NCBI RefSeq assembly: GCF_963921235.1
Contig: NC_086097.1
Location: forward strand, 203,486,001-203,550,000
Origin: Mobula hypostoma
Lineage: Eukaryota
Direction of reading: 5' to 3'
DNA: 64,000 nucleotides
The notes below the pieces were generated by a model that saw only the letters and a list, made by a program, of their open reading frames with translations, had not been told where the DNA came from and did not search any database. The position numbers were made by a program, and so were the translations under genes. Below are positions 36,600 through 49,009 of the stretch, one piece after another (position 1 is the first letter of the stretch; each line of letters begins with the position of its first letter).

Positions 36600-37563
36600 T
36601 ACCATTCCCTGCTGTCCTTGATGATGTTTAGAATTGACGTAATTAAAATCCAAATGGCATCTTAAATGCCCTAAACCTAATTATGAATGAATATTATGTA
36701 ATGATGAATTTTAAAATAAGCTTATATTCATTATGAAAGATTACTTCCTTGTACTGTTATCATGCTGTAAGTTTAGGGTGAAAAATAATCTGTTCAAAAT
36801 TGTAGTGAGCTTTTCACCAGTGCAAATATTTCAAGAAACCTCAAAATTTGTCATTCCAGCAAAGGTTATCTAAATAGTGAATAAATAATAAAGCTTCATT
36901 TGGAGAATCTGTAATCATATGTCTGCTTTATTTACTTGTTCTTTTCCCAATGGACTTCCATGTTATGTTGTGCTGTGTAGTAGAAGGACATTTTCACATG
37001 TCTGTCATGTAAATTCCCAGGCTCCAAAATGAGTAGGTGGTTCAGAGCTGGATGGCTATAGTTCGCTGAGCTCGATGAATCATCATTACAGGGCAGAGTC
37101 TGTGTGATTTACAGTAAATCAGTATAAATTCAACATATGGCCCCTAGAAGACTACAAAACAAAACTCTCAAGTACAGTGATGTTTCAGCAATGTTATAGA
37201 AAGAAAGTAGAGAACAGAATCTTGAACTGCAGAGTCTATGTAGAGTTTACAGTCTATAACCTGGGACAACTGTTCTTTCTTGTTATTAAACTATCACAGT
37301 TGCACTTGCTCATGCAAGTTTAAGGTCAGAGGATAAATTGCAATTCCCAAAAGCCAAATGATTTCATTTAATTCCAGTATTTATTTCATTTTGCGGTAGT
37401 TCTTTACAATTTTGGTTTATCTTGGATATATTTCTGCAATATTAACAAATCTGCTAGGCCTCCAAAGAATGTCCTGAGAGGTTTACATAGCCTCCCCGAG
37501 AGGGCTATTTATTCATTGGAATTTCAGGACTTGATTCCATCTGTGCTCTATTACTTTCCTTAC

Positions 37564-37835
37564 CACCAATTCTACCCACTGTTGGTTGATTACAAACGTC
37601 TCAGGCAGCAGCTGTCAACATAGGTATTTTTATTCAAAAAGCTATAATTTGCATGTAGAGCTTGGATCTCTAAATTCCAGCCTTTTTCTGATCAAACATG
37701 TGTTCAGCACTAGTTTCACCAGCTCACCCCCCTAATGTCACGTATTTTCCATTCACCAGTGTGTCATAAGTACATCACAGAGCTGCCAACAAACCTAGGC
37801 TAAAGGACGACTATAAGGTGATTTCGGATGTCGAT
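37564..37835 (-). pseudogene. Candidate pseudo-exon (272 bp, phase 1 to 0, seven stops)
   Basis: Acceptor cttttattgccttgtgattaattag and donor gtaagg; RHPKSPYSRPLA*VCWQLCDVLMTHW*…ELVKLVLNTCLIRKRLEF…LLPETFVINQQWVELV. Confidence 0.5.
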
Positions 37836-37998
37836 CTAATTAATCACAAGGCAATAAAAGTTGCAGCAACAGAGGAAGAGGCTATTATGACACTTTAGCA
37901 AAGTGCTTCCTTTATTTTCATGCCCTCCCTGAGCATTTTTGGAGCTAACAAGAGCAGGATTGTGGGGTGGGAAGTGTTCTGTTGGATCACACTCCCAC

Positions 37999-38178
37999 CA
38001 ACTTCCTCTGGACTGAATGTGGATGGACACATGGGGATCATAGTTAATGATGGTGCTGATGCATTGCCATTATTAATTCTTGAAGAATATTGGACATTAG
38101 AAAGTGTTCTGGTGGTAAACTTCCAGTAATCAGGCAAGCTCTGCACTTTGTCAGAGTTGAACTGGCTGCTTTTCTGGA
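37999..38178 (-). pseudogene. Candidate exon (180 bp, phase 1 to 1, no stop)
   Basis: QKSSQFNSDKVQSLPDYWKFTTRTLSNVQYSSRINNGNASAPSLTMIPMCPSTFSPEEV; donor gtggga. Confidence 0.55.
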
Positions 38179-39198
38179 CTATTGGATGTTATTTCATTAA
38201 TAATGAAATACACTTTTAATTCACTGGTTTTGGAGGTTACACATTACTGTATTACAAATTGCATTGAACTCAGCTTAAAGGCTGCAGGGGAACTTGGAGC
38301 CAGTGCATTGACAGAGTGCTGGAAATGAGACTCCAGGAAGTTGTAAGCAAAAACAGGAACTTGGATCACTGTAAAAGAAGTGGAGGAACCAGAACCCCAG
38401 TGAACTGAAAGGGTGCAGAGGAATTGGGAATGTTGGGACTGGGACCCCAGTGAGTTGAAATGAAAGCAGGGACACAGTCTTCAGTAGGTTTAAAGGGAAT
38501 ACAGGAATAATATTGAACCATCAGTAATAGCTGGATAAGGGATAAATGGAGATGGGATCAAAGCATCCCAAAATCCAAAAGCTGATTACCTTGCCACAAT
38601 CAATTTTAGTGGACCAAGTGTTGGGATAAGTGTGAACCTCCATAGGATCCTCCAGTTTAGGGGTGGTAATTGTAGATAGAGCAGCGGACATTATGAAGAA
38701 TTCAGAGAAGAGGCTTAAACACGTCTCCTTATCATAAATTATGGGTGAACAATTTCTGCCTGCCATGTTTGAAAACAATTGGCTTTCCCATTCAACCTCT
38801 TAGCAGTTCCTGACCCCACCAGGAGCTGGTAGAATATGGCCACCAATACTGACCACATTCAGTGCCAAACCTGCCAGAACAGGTTCATGTTTAATCATGC
38901 ACAGAGCTTCCTGACATTTTAAGAAATTTTGAGATTCTGATGGAATGCTTTAAAATTATATTTATTTAAAAGAAATTAGGAATCATTCAAATGTAATTAC
39001 CATACTGTATCATAGGCTTCTTCAAGTGTTTCATGGGGAAATTCAGGACCTGTTGAAGGAGGAGACAAAATTAAATTACTTCTAATTTTGTAGGTTACTC
39101 TATTGAAATTCTGTTGGAAGGGACCAAATGTAAATTTTTGCCATTGCAATGAAGTTGGTCTGATGGACATTAAGAATTTAGTAATTTAAGGGTGCTTT

Positions 39199-40588
39199 CA
39201 TAGAACATAGAACATAGAATAGTACAGCACATTACAGACCCTTCAGCCCACAATGTTGTGCCGACCCTCAAACCCTGCCTCCCATATAACTCCCTACTTT
39301 GAATTCCTCCATATACCTGTCTAGTAGTCTCTTAAACTTTATGAGTGTATCTGCCTCCACCACTGACTCAGGCAGTGCATTCCACACACCAACCACTCTC
39401 TGAGTAAAAAACCTTCCTCTAATATCCCCCTTGAACTTCCCACCCCTTACCTTAAAGCCATGTCCTCTTGTATTGAGCAGTGGTGCCCTGGGGAAGAGGC
39501 GCTGACTATCCACTCTATCTATTCCTCTTATTATCTTGTACACCTCTATCATGTCTCCTCTCATCCTCCTTCGCTCCAAAGAGTAAAGCCCTAGCTCCCT
39601 TAATCTCTGATCATAACGCATACTCTCTAAACGAGGCAGCATCCTGGTAAACCTCCTCTGTACCCTTTCCAATGCTTCCACATCCTTCCTATAGTGAGGT
39701 GATCAGAACCGGACACAGTACTTCAAGTGTGGCCTAACCAGAGTTTTATAGAGCTGCATCATTACATCGCGACTCTTAAACTCTATCCCTCGACTTATGA
39801 AAGCTAACACCCCATAAGCTTTCTTAACTACCCTATCTACCTGTGAGGCAACTTTCAGGGATCTGTGGACATGTACCCCCAGATTCCTCTGCTCCTCCAC
39901 ACTACCAAGTATCCTGCCATTTACTTTGTACTCTGCCTTGGAGATTGTCCTTCCAAAGTGTACCATCTCACACTTCTCAGGGTTGAACTCCATCTGCCAC
40001 TTCTCAGCCCACTTCTGCGTCCTATCAATGTCTCTCTGCAATCTTTGACAATCCTCTACAGTATCTACAACACCACCAACCTTTGTGTCATCTGCAAACT
40101 TGCCAACCCACTCTTCTACCCCTACATCTAGGCCGTTAATCAAAATCACGAAAAGTAGAGGTCCCAGAACAGATCCTTGTGGGACACCACTAGTCACAAT
40201 CCTCCAATCTGAATGTACTCCCTCCACCACGACCCTCCGCCTTCTGCAGGTAAACCAATTCTGAATCCACCTGGCCAAACTTCCCTGGATCCCATGCCTT
40301 CTGACTTTCTGAATAAGCCTACCATGTGGAACCTTGTCAAATGCCTTACTAAAATCCATATAGATCACATCCACTGCACTACCCTCATCTATATGCCTGG
40401 TCACTTCTTCAAATAACTCCATCAGGCCTGTTAGACACGATCTGCCCTTCACAAAGCCATGCTGACTGTCCCTGATCAGACCATGATTTTCTAAATGCCC
40501 ATAGATCCTATCTCTAAGAATCTTTTCCAACAGTTTTCCCACCACAGATGTAAGGCTAACTGGTCCATAATTACCCGGACTATCCCTT
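39199..40588 (-). mobile_element. Young CR1 LINE, 5'-truncated (RT and 3' UTR)
   Basis: ORFs 39703-40545 and 39268-39681 separated by a single TGG>TGA; SGVPQGSVLGP, KFADDTK; tail (CATAGAA)3 on the plus strand. Confidence 0.97.
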
Positions 40589-40594
40589 TCACAT

Positions 40595-41420
40595 ATGGCA
40601 GATGGAATACAGAGTTGGGAAGTGTATGGCCATGCACTTGATAGAAGAAATAAAAGGGGAGTCTATTTTCTAAATAGAGAGAAAATTCAAAAATCTGAGA
40701 TGCAAAGGGACTTGGGAGTCCTCGGACAGGATTCCCCAAAGGTTAATTTGCAGGTTGAGTTTGGTGGTGAGGAATGCAAATGTGACGTTAGCATTCAAAA
40801 GGACTAGAACATATAAGCAAGGATGTCATGTTGAGGCTTTATAAAGCACTGGTGAGGCTTTATGTTGAGTATTGTGAGCAGTTTTGGACTCCTTGTATCA
40901 GAAAGGATGTGCTGATATTGGAGAAGGTTCAAAGGAGGTTCACGAAAATGATTCTGGGATTGAAAGGCTTGTCATATGAGGAGTGTTTTATGGCTCTGGG
41001 TTTCTACTCACTGGAAGTCAGTAGCGTGAGGGATGACCTCATTGAAACTGATCAAACGTGAAAGGCCTCGACAGAGTGGATGTGGAGAGGAAGTTTCCTA
41101 TGGTGGGGGAGTCTAGACTAAAGAACACAACTTCAGAATAGAGTGGTGTCCTTTTAGAATGGAGATAAGGAGGAATTTCTTTAGCCAGAGAGTGGTGAAT
41201 CTGCAGAATTCATTGCCACCGTTGGCTGTGGAGGCCAAGTCATCGGATATATTTTACCAGAGATTGATAGATTCTTGATTAGTCAGGGCATTAAGGATTA
41301 CAGTGGGGCAGGGAGAGTGCAGAAGATTGGGGCTGAGAAGGAAAATGGATCATGATGAAATGGCAGAGCAGACTTGATGGACCAAGTGGCCTAATTCTGC
41401 TCCTATATCTTGTGGTCTTG
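40595..41420 (+). mobile_element. Older CR1 3' fragment
   Basis: MLRLYKALVRLYVEYCEQFW…; tail CTCCTATATCTTGTGGTCT. Confidence 0.9.
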
Positions 41421-41549
41421 TATTTATATGATTCATCATATCCTTTGTAAAATTAAATACACGAAGATGAATATTTTTAAATATCTTAAACCTACTTCTC
41501 ATGCCTCAGGTTTCATGATAAATGAAGCGTTTGTTAGAAAAATACTCAC

Positions 41550-41701
41550 ACAGTTCAATCTGGTCTTTTAAAAATAAATCAGATAATCTGACATCTAATA
41601 AGCTTTTTACGATTTGTGTTTCATTCCAAAAGTTTTGCAGAAGCTCACCTAACAGGTTCACTTGCAGAGGCAAATCTATGACTTCAGCCAGTGAAATTTG
41701 G
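41550..41701 (-). pseudogene. Best-preserved exon (152 bp, phase 2 to 1, no stop)
   Basis: Branch point CTAAC with ttttag acceptor and gtgagt donor; QISLAEVIDLPLQVNLLGELLQNFWNETQIVKSLLDVRLSDLFLKDQIEL. Confidence 0.75.
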
Positions 41702-42368
41702 CTAAAACACCAAGTAGTTAGGCCAACAAGAAACAGAAACAGCATATGCTTGTTCTAGTAAATTAGAGACATAGGGTTTAAAATTATCCAGAAGTACTTC
41801 AAGCTTTCCATTATAATTTAATGAACTTGGCTAAGAGGAGAAATCCTTACTTTGCTATATCCTTGAAGTTCCATTCAATATCCATTGGAGTTATGAAGTG
41901 GAGAAAGAGAATTTAATCTCCAGGAAATAATATAAAATATCACCCTGTGCTCTAATTCTGTTTGAAAGATGGACAAACATGGCCATGACTTTGTCATCAC
42001 AAATCACACAATCTATGGATTAGTGTAGGATTAATCAAAAAGAGTGATTGATGGCCTCATGGACTTGGTGGACTGAAGTGCCTGTTTATGTACAATTTGA
42101 CTTCATGACAATTTACAAACTAACAACTTTGCAAAAAAAATCAGAAAATCGAAGTACATACAAATTTTCTGGAATTTCAAAACGGAGTTGGCTTGGCATT
42201 AACTTGATTAATCACAAAATCTGAATGACTAGCTTTAGCACAGCAATGAGATGCATTATGTGGCAGAACACCTCTGTGAGAGTAAACAAGGGTATGAAAC
42301 AATGGTGACTACATGGATTGAATTGGTTGAGAGAAGAGGCTCAAGGGATTTGTCAATAAAGGGCTTAC

Positions 42369-42549
42369 GTAAAAGATTGTATCTTGAAGGTGAGCAATTG
42401 CGATCTGCTTTACTAAAGCATTAATTTCTCATTTCTAAGTTTTAAAATTTTCTTCATGTTTCTTTCTCTAGATTCTTCATTTCTTCCTTTTTTCAAGCTT
42501 CAATGCTCATCCTCAACTTTCAAGAAATCTGCTGATTTCATCGGTTGAT
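42369..42549 (-). pseudogene. Pseudo-exon (181 bp, phase 1 to 2, three stops)
   Basis: Acceptor ttaaccccttttcag and donor gtaagc; QPMKSADFLKVEDEH*SLKKGRNEESRERNMKKILKLRNEKLML**SRSQLLTFKIQSF. Confidence 0.7.
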
Positions 42550-42789
42550 CTGAAAAGGGGTTAAAATCTAGAGTCTTCAATTGAAACCAGGAAATTTATG
42601 CTTATACAAAACAATCACATTTATAGCATTTATATTTTTTTTAGGAACAATGCAAAAGCTTTAATTCTCTTGCAAGGTTTCTGTAGAAGATCTAGAACCT
42701 TGTGTAGCTTTGTTAAGCTTGACTATTTCATGAATGAGACTTAATAATTTCAATGCAATTCCAGTTGAAATATTACCATAAAACATTCA

Positions 42790-43125
42790 TAGAACATGGA
42801 ACAGAGAACAGTACCATACTGTATAGGTCCTTCAACCCATGAAGTTTTGCAAACCTTTTAACCTTTTCCAAGATCAATGTAACCCTTCCCTCCCACACAG
42901 CCCTCCATTTTTTTGTCATCCATGTGCCTATATAAGAGCTGCTTAAATCTCCTGAACATATCTGTTTCTACCATGAACCCTGGCAGAGTGTTCCAAGTAC
43001 TTACCACCCTGTGTGAAAAACCTGGCTCTGTCATCCCCCTGTACTTTACTGCATTCACCTTAAAGTTATGGCTTCTTTTATTAGACATTTCCACCCTGGA
43101 AAAAAGGCACTGGCTGCCCACTTCA
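42790..43125 (-). mobile_element. Older CR1 3' end
   Basis: ORF 42858-43121: RVVSTWNTLP…FKQLLYRHM. Confidence 0.8.
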
Positions 43126-43194
43126 TCATGCTTCTTTCACATTACTCTAAAATCTATTTCTTTGCAGGTCATAAGATGAATCAATGGGTTTTGA

Positions 43195-44040
43195 AATAGA
43201 ACATAGAACATAGAATAGTACAGCACAGTACAGGCCCTTCGGCCCACAATGTTGTGCCGACCCTCAAACCCTGCCTCCCATATAAGCCCCCACCTTAGAT
43301 TCCTCCATATACCTGTCTAGTAGTCTCTTAAACTTCACGAGTGTATCTGCCTCCACCACTGACTCAGGCAGTGCATTCCACGCACCAACCACTCTCTGAG
43401 TAAAAAACCTTCCTCTAATATCCCCCTTGAACTTCCCACCCCTTACCTTAAAGCCATGTCCTCTTGTATTGAGCAGTGGTGCCCTGGGGAAGAGGTGCTG
43501 GCTATCCACTCTATCTATTCCTCTTATTATCTTGTACACCTCTATCATGTCTCCTCTCATCCTCCTTCTCTCCAAAGAGTAAAGCCCTAGATCCCTTAAT
43601 CTCTGATCATAATGCATACTCTCTAAACCAGGCAGCATCCTGGGAAATCTCCTCTGTACCATTTCCAATGCTTCCACATCCTTCCTATAGTGAGGTGACC
43701 AGAACTGGACACAGTACTCCAAGTGTGGCCTAACCAGAGTTTTATAGAGCTGCATCATTACATCGCGACTCTTAAACTCTATCCCTTGACTTATGAAAGC
43801 TAACACCCCATAAGCTTTCTTAACTACCCTATCCACCTGTGAGGCAACTTTCAGGGATCTGTGGACATGTACCCCGAGATCCCTCTGCTCCTCCACACTA
43901 CCAAGTATCCTGCCATTTACTTTGTGCTCTGCCTTGGAGTTTGTCCTTCCAAAGTGTACCACCTCATACTTCTCCGGGTTGAACTCCATCTGCCACTTCT
44001 CAGCCCACTTCTGCATCCTATCAATGTCTCTCTGCAATCT
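43195..44040 (-). mobile_element. Young CR1 3' fragment, same subfamily as 39199-40588
   Basis: Uninterrupted ORF from LQRDIDR to YMGGRV*; near-identical to the 39.2-40.0 kb copy. Confidence 0.97.
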
Positions 44041-44093
44041 GTACACAGATTTGGAACCATTAGTTAAAATAGTATCATCTTTTAAATTAATTA

Positions 44094-44600
44094 CAGTACT
44101 GTGCAAAAGTCTTGGGCACATATATATTGCTAGGGTCCCTAAGACCTTGGCACAACATTGTATTTGTCAATGTGGAGCAGAAAGCAAGTTTGTAAATCTA
44201 ATGGGAGCAAATGTTGTTGAGAATGGTGAAGGAGGAGTCCTTTAGGGTGGCAGAAAAGGAGTGCCAGTGGGTGAGGGCTGGCTTGGATATAGATACACCT
44301 ACCCCTGAGGCACCAGGCAAGAACATTTGATTCCAAACAAATGGTTTATTGATCATTACAGAATGTCTCTCTGGTGCTTCCTGCACCCTCTCCTCTCCCT
44401 TTCCCTTTACCAACCATGATTCCCCTCTCCCTGCCCCCTCCCCACTCTCAGTCCACAATAGAGACCCATATCAGAATCACATATGTCATGAATTTTTTTG
44501 TGGCAGCAGTACAGTGTAATACATAAAATTATTGCAGTACTGTGCAAAGGTCTTAAGCACCTAGCTCTATATGCGTGTCTGAGACTTTTGCACAGTTCTG
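44094..44600. mobile_element. Tc1/mariner-type composite MITE
   Basis: TA|CAGTACTGTGCAAAAGTCTTGGGCAC…GAGACTTTTGCACAGTTCTG|TA, with extra internal TIR copies at ~44150 and 44536. A lone TIR of the same family sits at 57529. Confidence 0.8.
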
Positions 44601-44650
44601 TATATACTTTGGCAATTAATTAAATTTCAATGAAATGTGTAATGACTGCA

Positions 44651-44892
44651 AAAAAGAATCTCGTGCTTTCCCGGCGTATATGACAAATAAACTCTTCTCG
44701 GACTTCCAGCCGCGTATAGGTATTGATTTTAACTGACATTTTGATGACAAACTAGTGAGGAGGGACAGGCGACAGGGGTATATATTCCACCGGGCTAGAC
44801 ATGCCCAGGAATCATTCCTGATGAAGATGGTAGAATTTGTTATCAAAATCAATACCCCTACCTGGCTGGAAATCCGAGAAGAGTTTATTTGT
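44651..44892. mobile_element. Second family of fold-back PLE-like insertion with a decayed hammerhead
   Basis: Inverted arms ACAAATAAACTCTTCTCGGA… / …TCCGAGAAGAGTTTATTTGT; CTGATGA at 44818; approximate TSD TGTAA(AT)TGACTGCA. Confidence 0.65.
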
Positions 44893-44952
44893 AAATTGAC
44901 TGCATTTATAAGCCACCAGACTATGATATTAGTAAAATCTGCCTAAATAATG

Positions 44953-45890
44953 GAATCAGAATCAGGTTTAATATGACTGGGATATGTCATGAAATTTGTT
45001 GCTATGTGACAGCTATGCGTTGCAATACATAATAAAAAACTATATATTACAATGTCCATTTAGAAGTCGGATGGCAGAGGGGAAGAAGCTATTCCTGAAT
45101 CGCTGAGTGTATGTCTCTTCCTTGATGGTAGTAATGAGAAGAGGGCATGTCCTGGGTGAAGGGGGCCCTTAAAGCAGTCTTCTTGAGACACTACCTTTTG
45201 AAGGTGTCCTTGGTACTTGGCTACTTCCCATGATTGAGCTGGCAAAGTTATAAGTTTCTGCAGTTTTTTCTGATCTTGTGCAATGGTCCCTTCATACCAG
45301 ATGGTGATGCAACCAGTTAGAATGCTCTTCACAGCACATTCTGCAGAAATCTGCAAATGCCTTTGGTAACATACTAAGTCTCCTCGAACTCCTAATGAAA
45401 TGTAGCTGCGGTCTTGCCTTTTTTGTAATTGCATCAATATGTTGGGCTCAGGATAGACCTTCAGAAAAATTGATACTTAGGTACTTGAAACTGCTCACCC
45501 TTTCCAGTGCTGATCCCTCGGTGGGGACTGGTGTGTTTTCCCTTGGCTTCCCCTCCCTGAAGTTCACAATCAAATCCTTTGTCTTACTGACTTTGAGTAC
45601 TGATCAATCTCGCTCTTGTATGCCTCCTCATCACCATCTGAAATTCTGCCAGCAATAGTGGATCATCAACAAATTTACAGATGGCATTAGAGCTGTGTCT
45701 AGCCACACAGTCGTGGATGTAGCGAGAGTAGAGTAGTGGGCTAAGCACACATCCTTGAGATGCGCCAATGCTGACTGTCTGCGAGGATGAGATGTTATTT
45801 CCGATCTGTACTGACTGTGGTCTCCTGATGAGGAAGACAAAGGTCAAATTGCATAAAGAAGTGCAGAGGCCCAGGTTTTGGAGCTTGTAG
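44953..45890 (-). mobile_element. Rex1/Babar 3' fragment
   Basis: [14 protein letters not shown]…KFVDD; SILTGCITIWY; (GAATCA)2 tail. Confidence 0.88.
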
Positions 45891-45936
45891 GTTAATTATA
45901 TTTTGTACACGTTGTTCCCAACTGATTCTCATCCAC

Positions 45937-46110
45937 CAGCATAAAGAAACCATGGTCTGTTCTCTGCAATGTTTGAGTAACTTTAGAAGCACACTCCTGA
46001 AATGGCAATGTATATTGCTTCAACCAACACTTTGTGTTGGGAAGCTGCAGCAAGTATGGAGGAGGGGATGTCTCTGATTGGGGTGAAACCATGGCAGCCC
46101 TGTGGATAAA
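45937..46110 (-). pseudogene. Candidate pseudo-exon (174 bp, phase 1 to 1)
   Basis: Acceptor cccttgtttacag; YPQGCHGFTPIRDIPSSILAAASQHKVLVEAIYIAISGVCF*…; an alternative frame is also open. Confidence 0.5.
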
Positions 46111-46551
46111 CTGTAAACAAGGGTGATCCAGTGAGTAGAATCATTAAGAACCTGGGAATTTCACAAAAGAACCTAGAGAAAAGAATGTGGATTTGAGAAA
46201 CACAGACTGGAGGATAGGTTCAGTAGGTCTGGCCCGGTATGTCCTCCACTCCCAGGGAGAGAAAAATCAGGAAGGAGAAATGAACGAGTTGATATAAAAT
46301 ACAGTAACTGATACAATGTGCTGAATCTGTGGATCAGATGGAAACAGTCAGTATGTTGTAGCTCACAAATCCTGTGCCCTGACAGAAATTTTTGTCCCTT
46401 ATTTTACTGCCAGTTGGAGATTAGGGAATGATAGGGTCACTTGCTCAAGCACATGAAGCTTCATTCATTTGCTTAGTATATTTATGTATTGATGATTGAC
46501 TGATGTTCCTGTTGTCCCCTGTGGAAGCCCAAAGTCAGCCTGAGGCATTAC

Positions 46552-46695
46552 ATTTCTGTGTTGAAATTATTCTGACAGTCACTGGAAGCATTTGGCTTGA
46601 GGTCAGATTGCAGCATTTAATACAACTTTGTCAAAGCCTCACTGGGAGTGTCAGCATCTGCCTACACTGTTCCTGGGACAAGTCCAATAAGTTCA
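46552..46695 (-). pseudogene. Candidate pseudo-exon (144 bp)
   Basis: Acceptor attttttgttacag and donor gtaatg; frame ambiguous. Confidence 0.45.
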
Positions 46696-46849
46696 CTGTA
46701 ACAAAAAATATGTCTCCTTGTCCAAATTTTGATTTAATGGCTGATTATTCAAAACACAACTATGGCTCTCATGGAGTTCAATAGCTAGCCAAGGCAACAT
46801 ACTGCACCAAGGTTAAGATCTGTCTCGAAAAGGTTTCTGCTATAGATAT

Positions 46850-47478
46850 TTCCCCGGAGAGGTGGAGGCTGAGGGGAGATCTGATAGAGGTTTATAAGAT
46901 TGCAAGAGGCAAAGACAGAGTAGATTGCCAGTAGCTTTTTCCTAGGGTTGACTTTATTTATTTATTTAGAGATACAGCCTGGTAACAGGCACTTCCGGCC
47001 CAATGAGCCCACACCACCCAATTATATCCAGATGACCAATTAACCCACTAACCAGTACATCTTTGGAATGTGGGAGGAAACTGGAGCACCTGGAAGGTTC
47101 ATGGTGAGAATGTGCAGAGAGTGGCGGAACTGATGCTGTAATGGTGTTACGCTAACCATTACGGTACCATGTCTCCCATGCCTAATACCAAAGGGCAAGT
47201 ATTTAAGATGCAGGGGGTGGGGGTGGAGGTTGTAAGTTTAAAGGAGCTGTGTGGGGTAAGTCTTTTGCATAGGGAATGCAATGTGCCTAGAATGCACTGC
47301 CTGGGGTGATGGTGGAGGCAATTACAATGGAGGCTGTTAGATGGGTGCAGGGTATGGACATTTTGTAGGCAGAAAGGATTAGTTTAGTTGGACATTTGAG
47401 TACTTGTTTAATTAGTTCAGCATAACACAATGAAGGGTCTGTTCCTGGGCTGTACAATTCTCTGCTCTACGTTCTATA
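46850..47478 (+). mobile_element. CR1 3' fragment interrupted by a SINE
   Basis: LRGDLIEVYKI…; tail CTCTACGTTCTAT. Confidence 0.8.
46953..47175 (-). mobile_element. V-SINE / HE1-like SINE
   Basis: TGTGGGAGGAAACTGGAGCACCTGGA (reverse of the V-domain), a tRNA-like head remnant and a (TTTA)n tail. Confidence 0.75.
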
Positions 47479-48008
47479 TTTTGTATTAAATAGCTCTAAT
47501 GCCAGCTTGGATATCATGTGAAAAATATCACTAAATTAGGGATTTTTATTTTACGAGATTGATTTTGTTTCATTCACATCCTTCCTGCTGGAAAATGTGC
47601 CAATAGTGATGAAGTGATCCATCTGTAGCTACAAATGTTGCCAAGGGGATGGAAGAGGGAAACTGAGGAGGAGGAGGAATATTAGTGAGGAGAGGATAGT
47701 TGAGGGGGAGAAGAAGAGAAGGGATAATTAGGGAAAGAGGGATTAAACAGTGCAGTTAAACAAACCTCCTTCTACCAGGGAACGGTCCAGTCAGGCAAAA
47801 GCAGCTTTCAAGCTATTCCACTGCAATAAATGGAGCTGCAGGTTACAGCAACTAGTTCACAGAGGCTGTGATCTTCATTAGGCAGCACATTAACATTAAT
47901 AGTGGGGAGTCAGTGAAAATAAACCTAACGTTCCAGTGGAGAGCCTCAAATTCAAACATAGTACCTGCCTTTCTATGTGATATACTCCTTGTTCAGCTGT
48001 GAGCTAAC

Positions 48009-48188
48009 CTTTTGACTCAGGTTCTGACGTTTATGTCAGAAACACTTGCTGCACATTGTGATAAGGTCATCATGTGCATTAAGTACCATGGAGAAATGAC
48101 AGAAAGTGCCTGGTCCAATTTCCTGATGCTTGGGACTTCGACGAGAAATAGGCACAAACACTTCAAGCCATGCACAAAATGGATTTTG
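48009..48188 (-). pseudogene. Pseudo-exon (180 bp, phase 0 to 0, one stop)
   Basis: Acceptor gtctgttctttgtcag and donor AAG|gttagc; QNPFCAWLEVFVPISRRSPKHQEIGPGTFCHFSMVLNAHDDLITMCSKCF*HKRQNLSQK. Confidence 0.65.
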
Positions 48189-48740
48189 CTGACAAAGAAC
48201 AGACACCTTTTATCCCCAACCCAGTTCCTGGGCACCAGTGTCTCATGTTTTAGGTTGCTGACAAACATAAGTGAACAAACATGCTACATGCTTTCTTCAG
48301 GGTTTAGTCTTTGTAAAAAGAAAATAGATAAAATATCAAACATATCCAAGAAAAATATCCAAAATATTTTGTTCATTTCAAGTTTTCAGGATGTTCTGAT
48401 GTTCCAGTAATGAATTACTTTTGAATAGTATTGTAGCAAAATATGTCCGCCCATTTTCACACAGCAATGACCCACAAATGACCCTGGCCAAGGGGTAAAT
48501 GCTGGTCATGAAACCAGTAGAAACTCCCTGCAAATAATGCTCTAGGATTATTTATATCTCTCTCAGAATAGGAAGACAAACCCTTGTTCCATGGGCTAGT
48601 ATGTTGACTTGAATGGATATTCTAAAGGGGACATTATGAGTCAGTATATAGTATTTCTGGTGTAACAGAGGAGAAACAACTTTGATGCCCAAAGAAAGTC
48701 ACTTTTGCTTTATACATTAACCATCTGGCTCTGGCCTAAC

Positions 48741-49009
48741 CTTGCAGACAAGGGATCACCTTCTTCTCTCTGGATCACTTGATAAAGATTAATGTGCTTT
48801 GCTGCTTGCAGAATCACTTGCAGGCCTAGAAATTCTTCACTGGGTCAAGTTAATCTGTCACCCTGCCAATGACCATTTTGGTTGTGGATTTGCTGATTAG
48901 AAACTCAATATCTCCCAAAGCCCAAGGAAATTGGAATTAAGCCTAGAAGTGGGTTCTGGGTCTGGAAAGTCCTGGCAAAAGAGGACAGTTGCAGAAATGC
49001 TGTCAAGAC
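48741..49009 (-). pseudogene. Candidate pseudo-exon
   Basis: Branch CTAAC with ccttcttattgctag acceptor; donor AAG|gttagg; stops in all frames. Confidence 0.5.

Noticed and set aside
38270..38530. Degenerate GGAAC…CCAGTG repeat
   Set aside because: Too diverged to define a period or function.
40560..40620. Head-to-head CR1 junction read as a 5' inversion
   Set aside because: The two pieces belong to different subfamilies and ages, so they are independent insertions.
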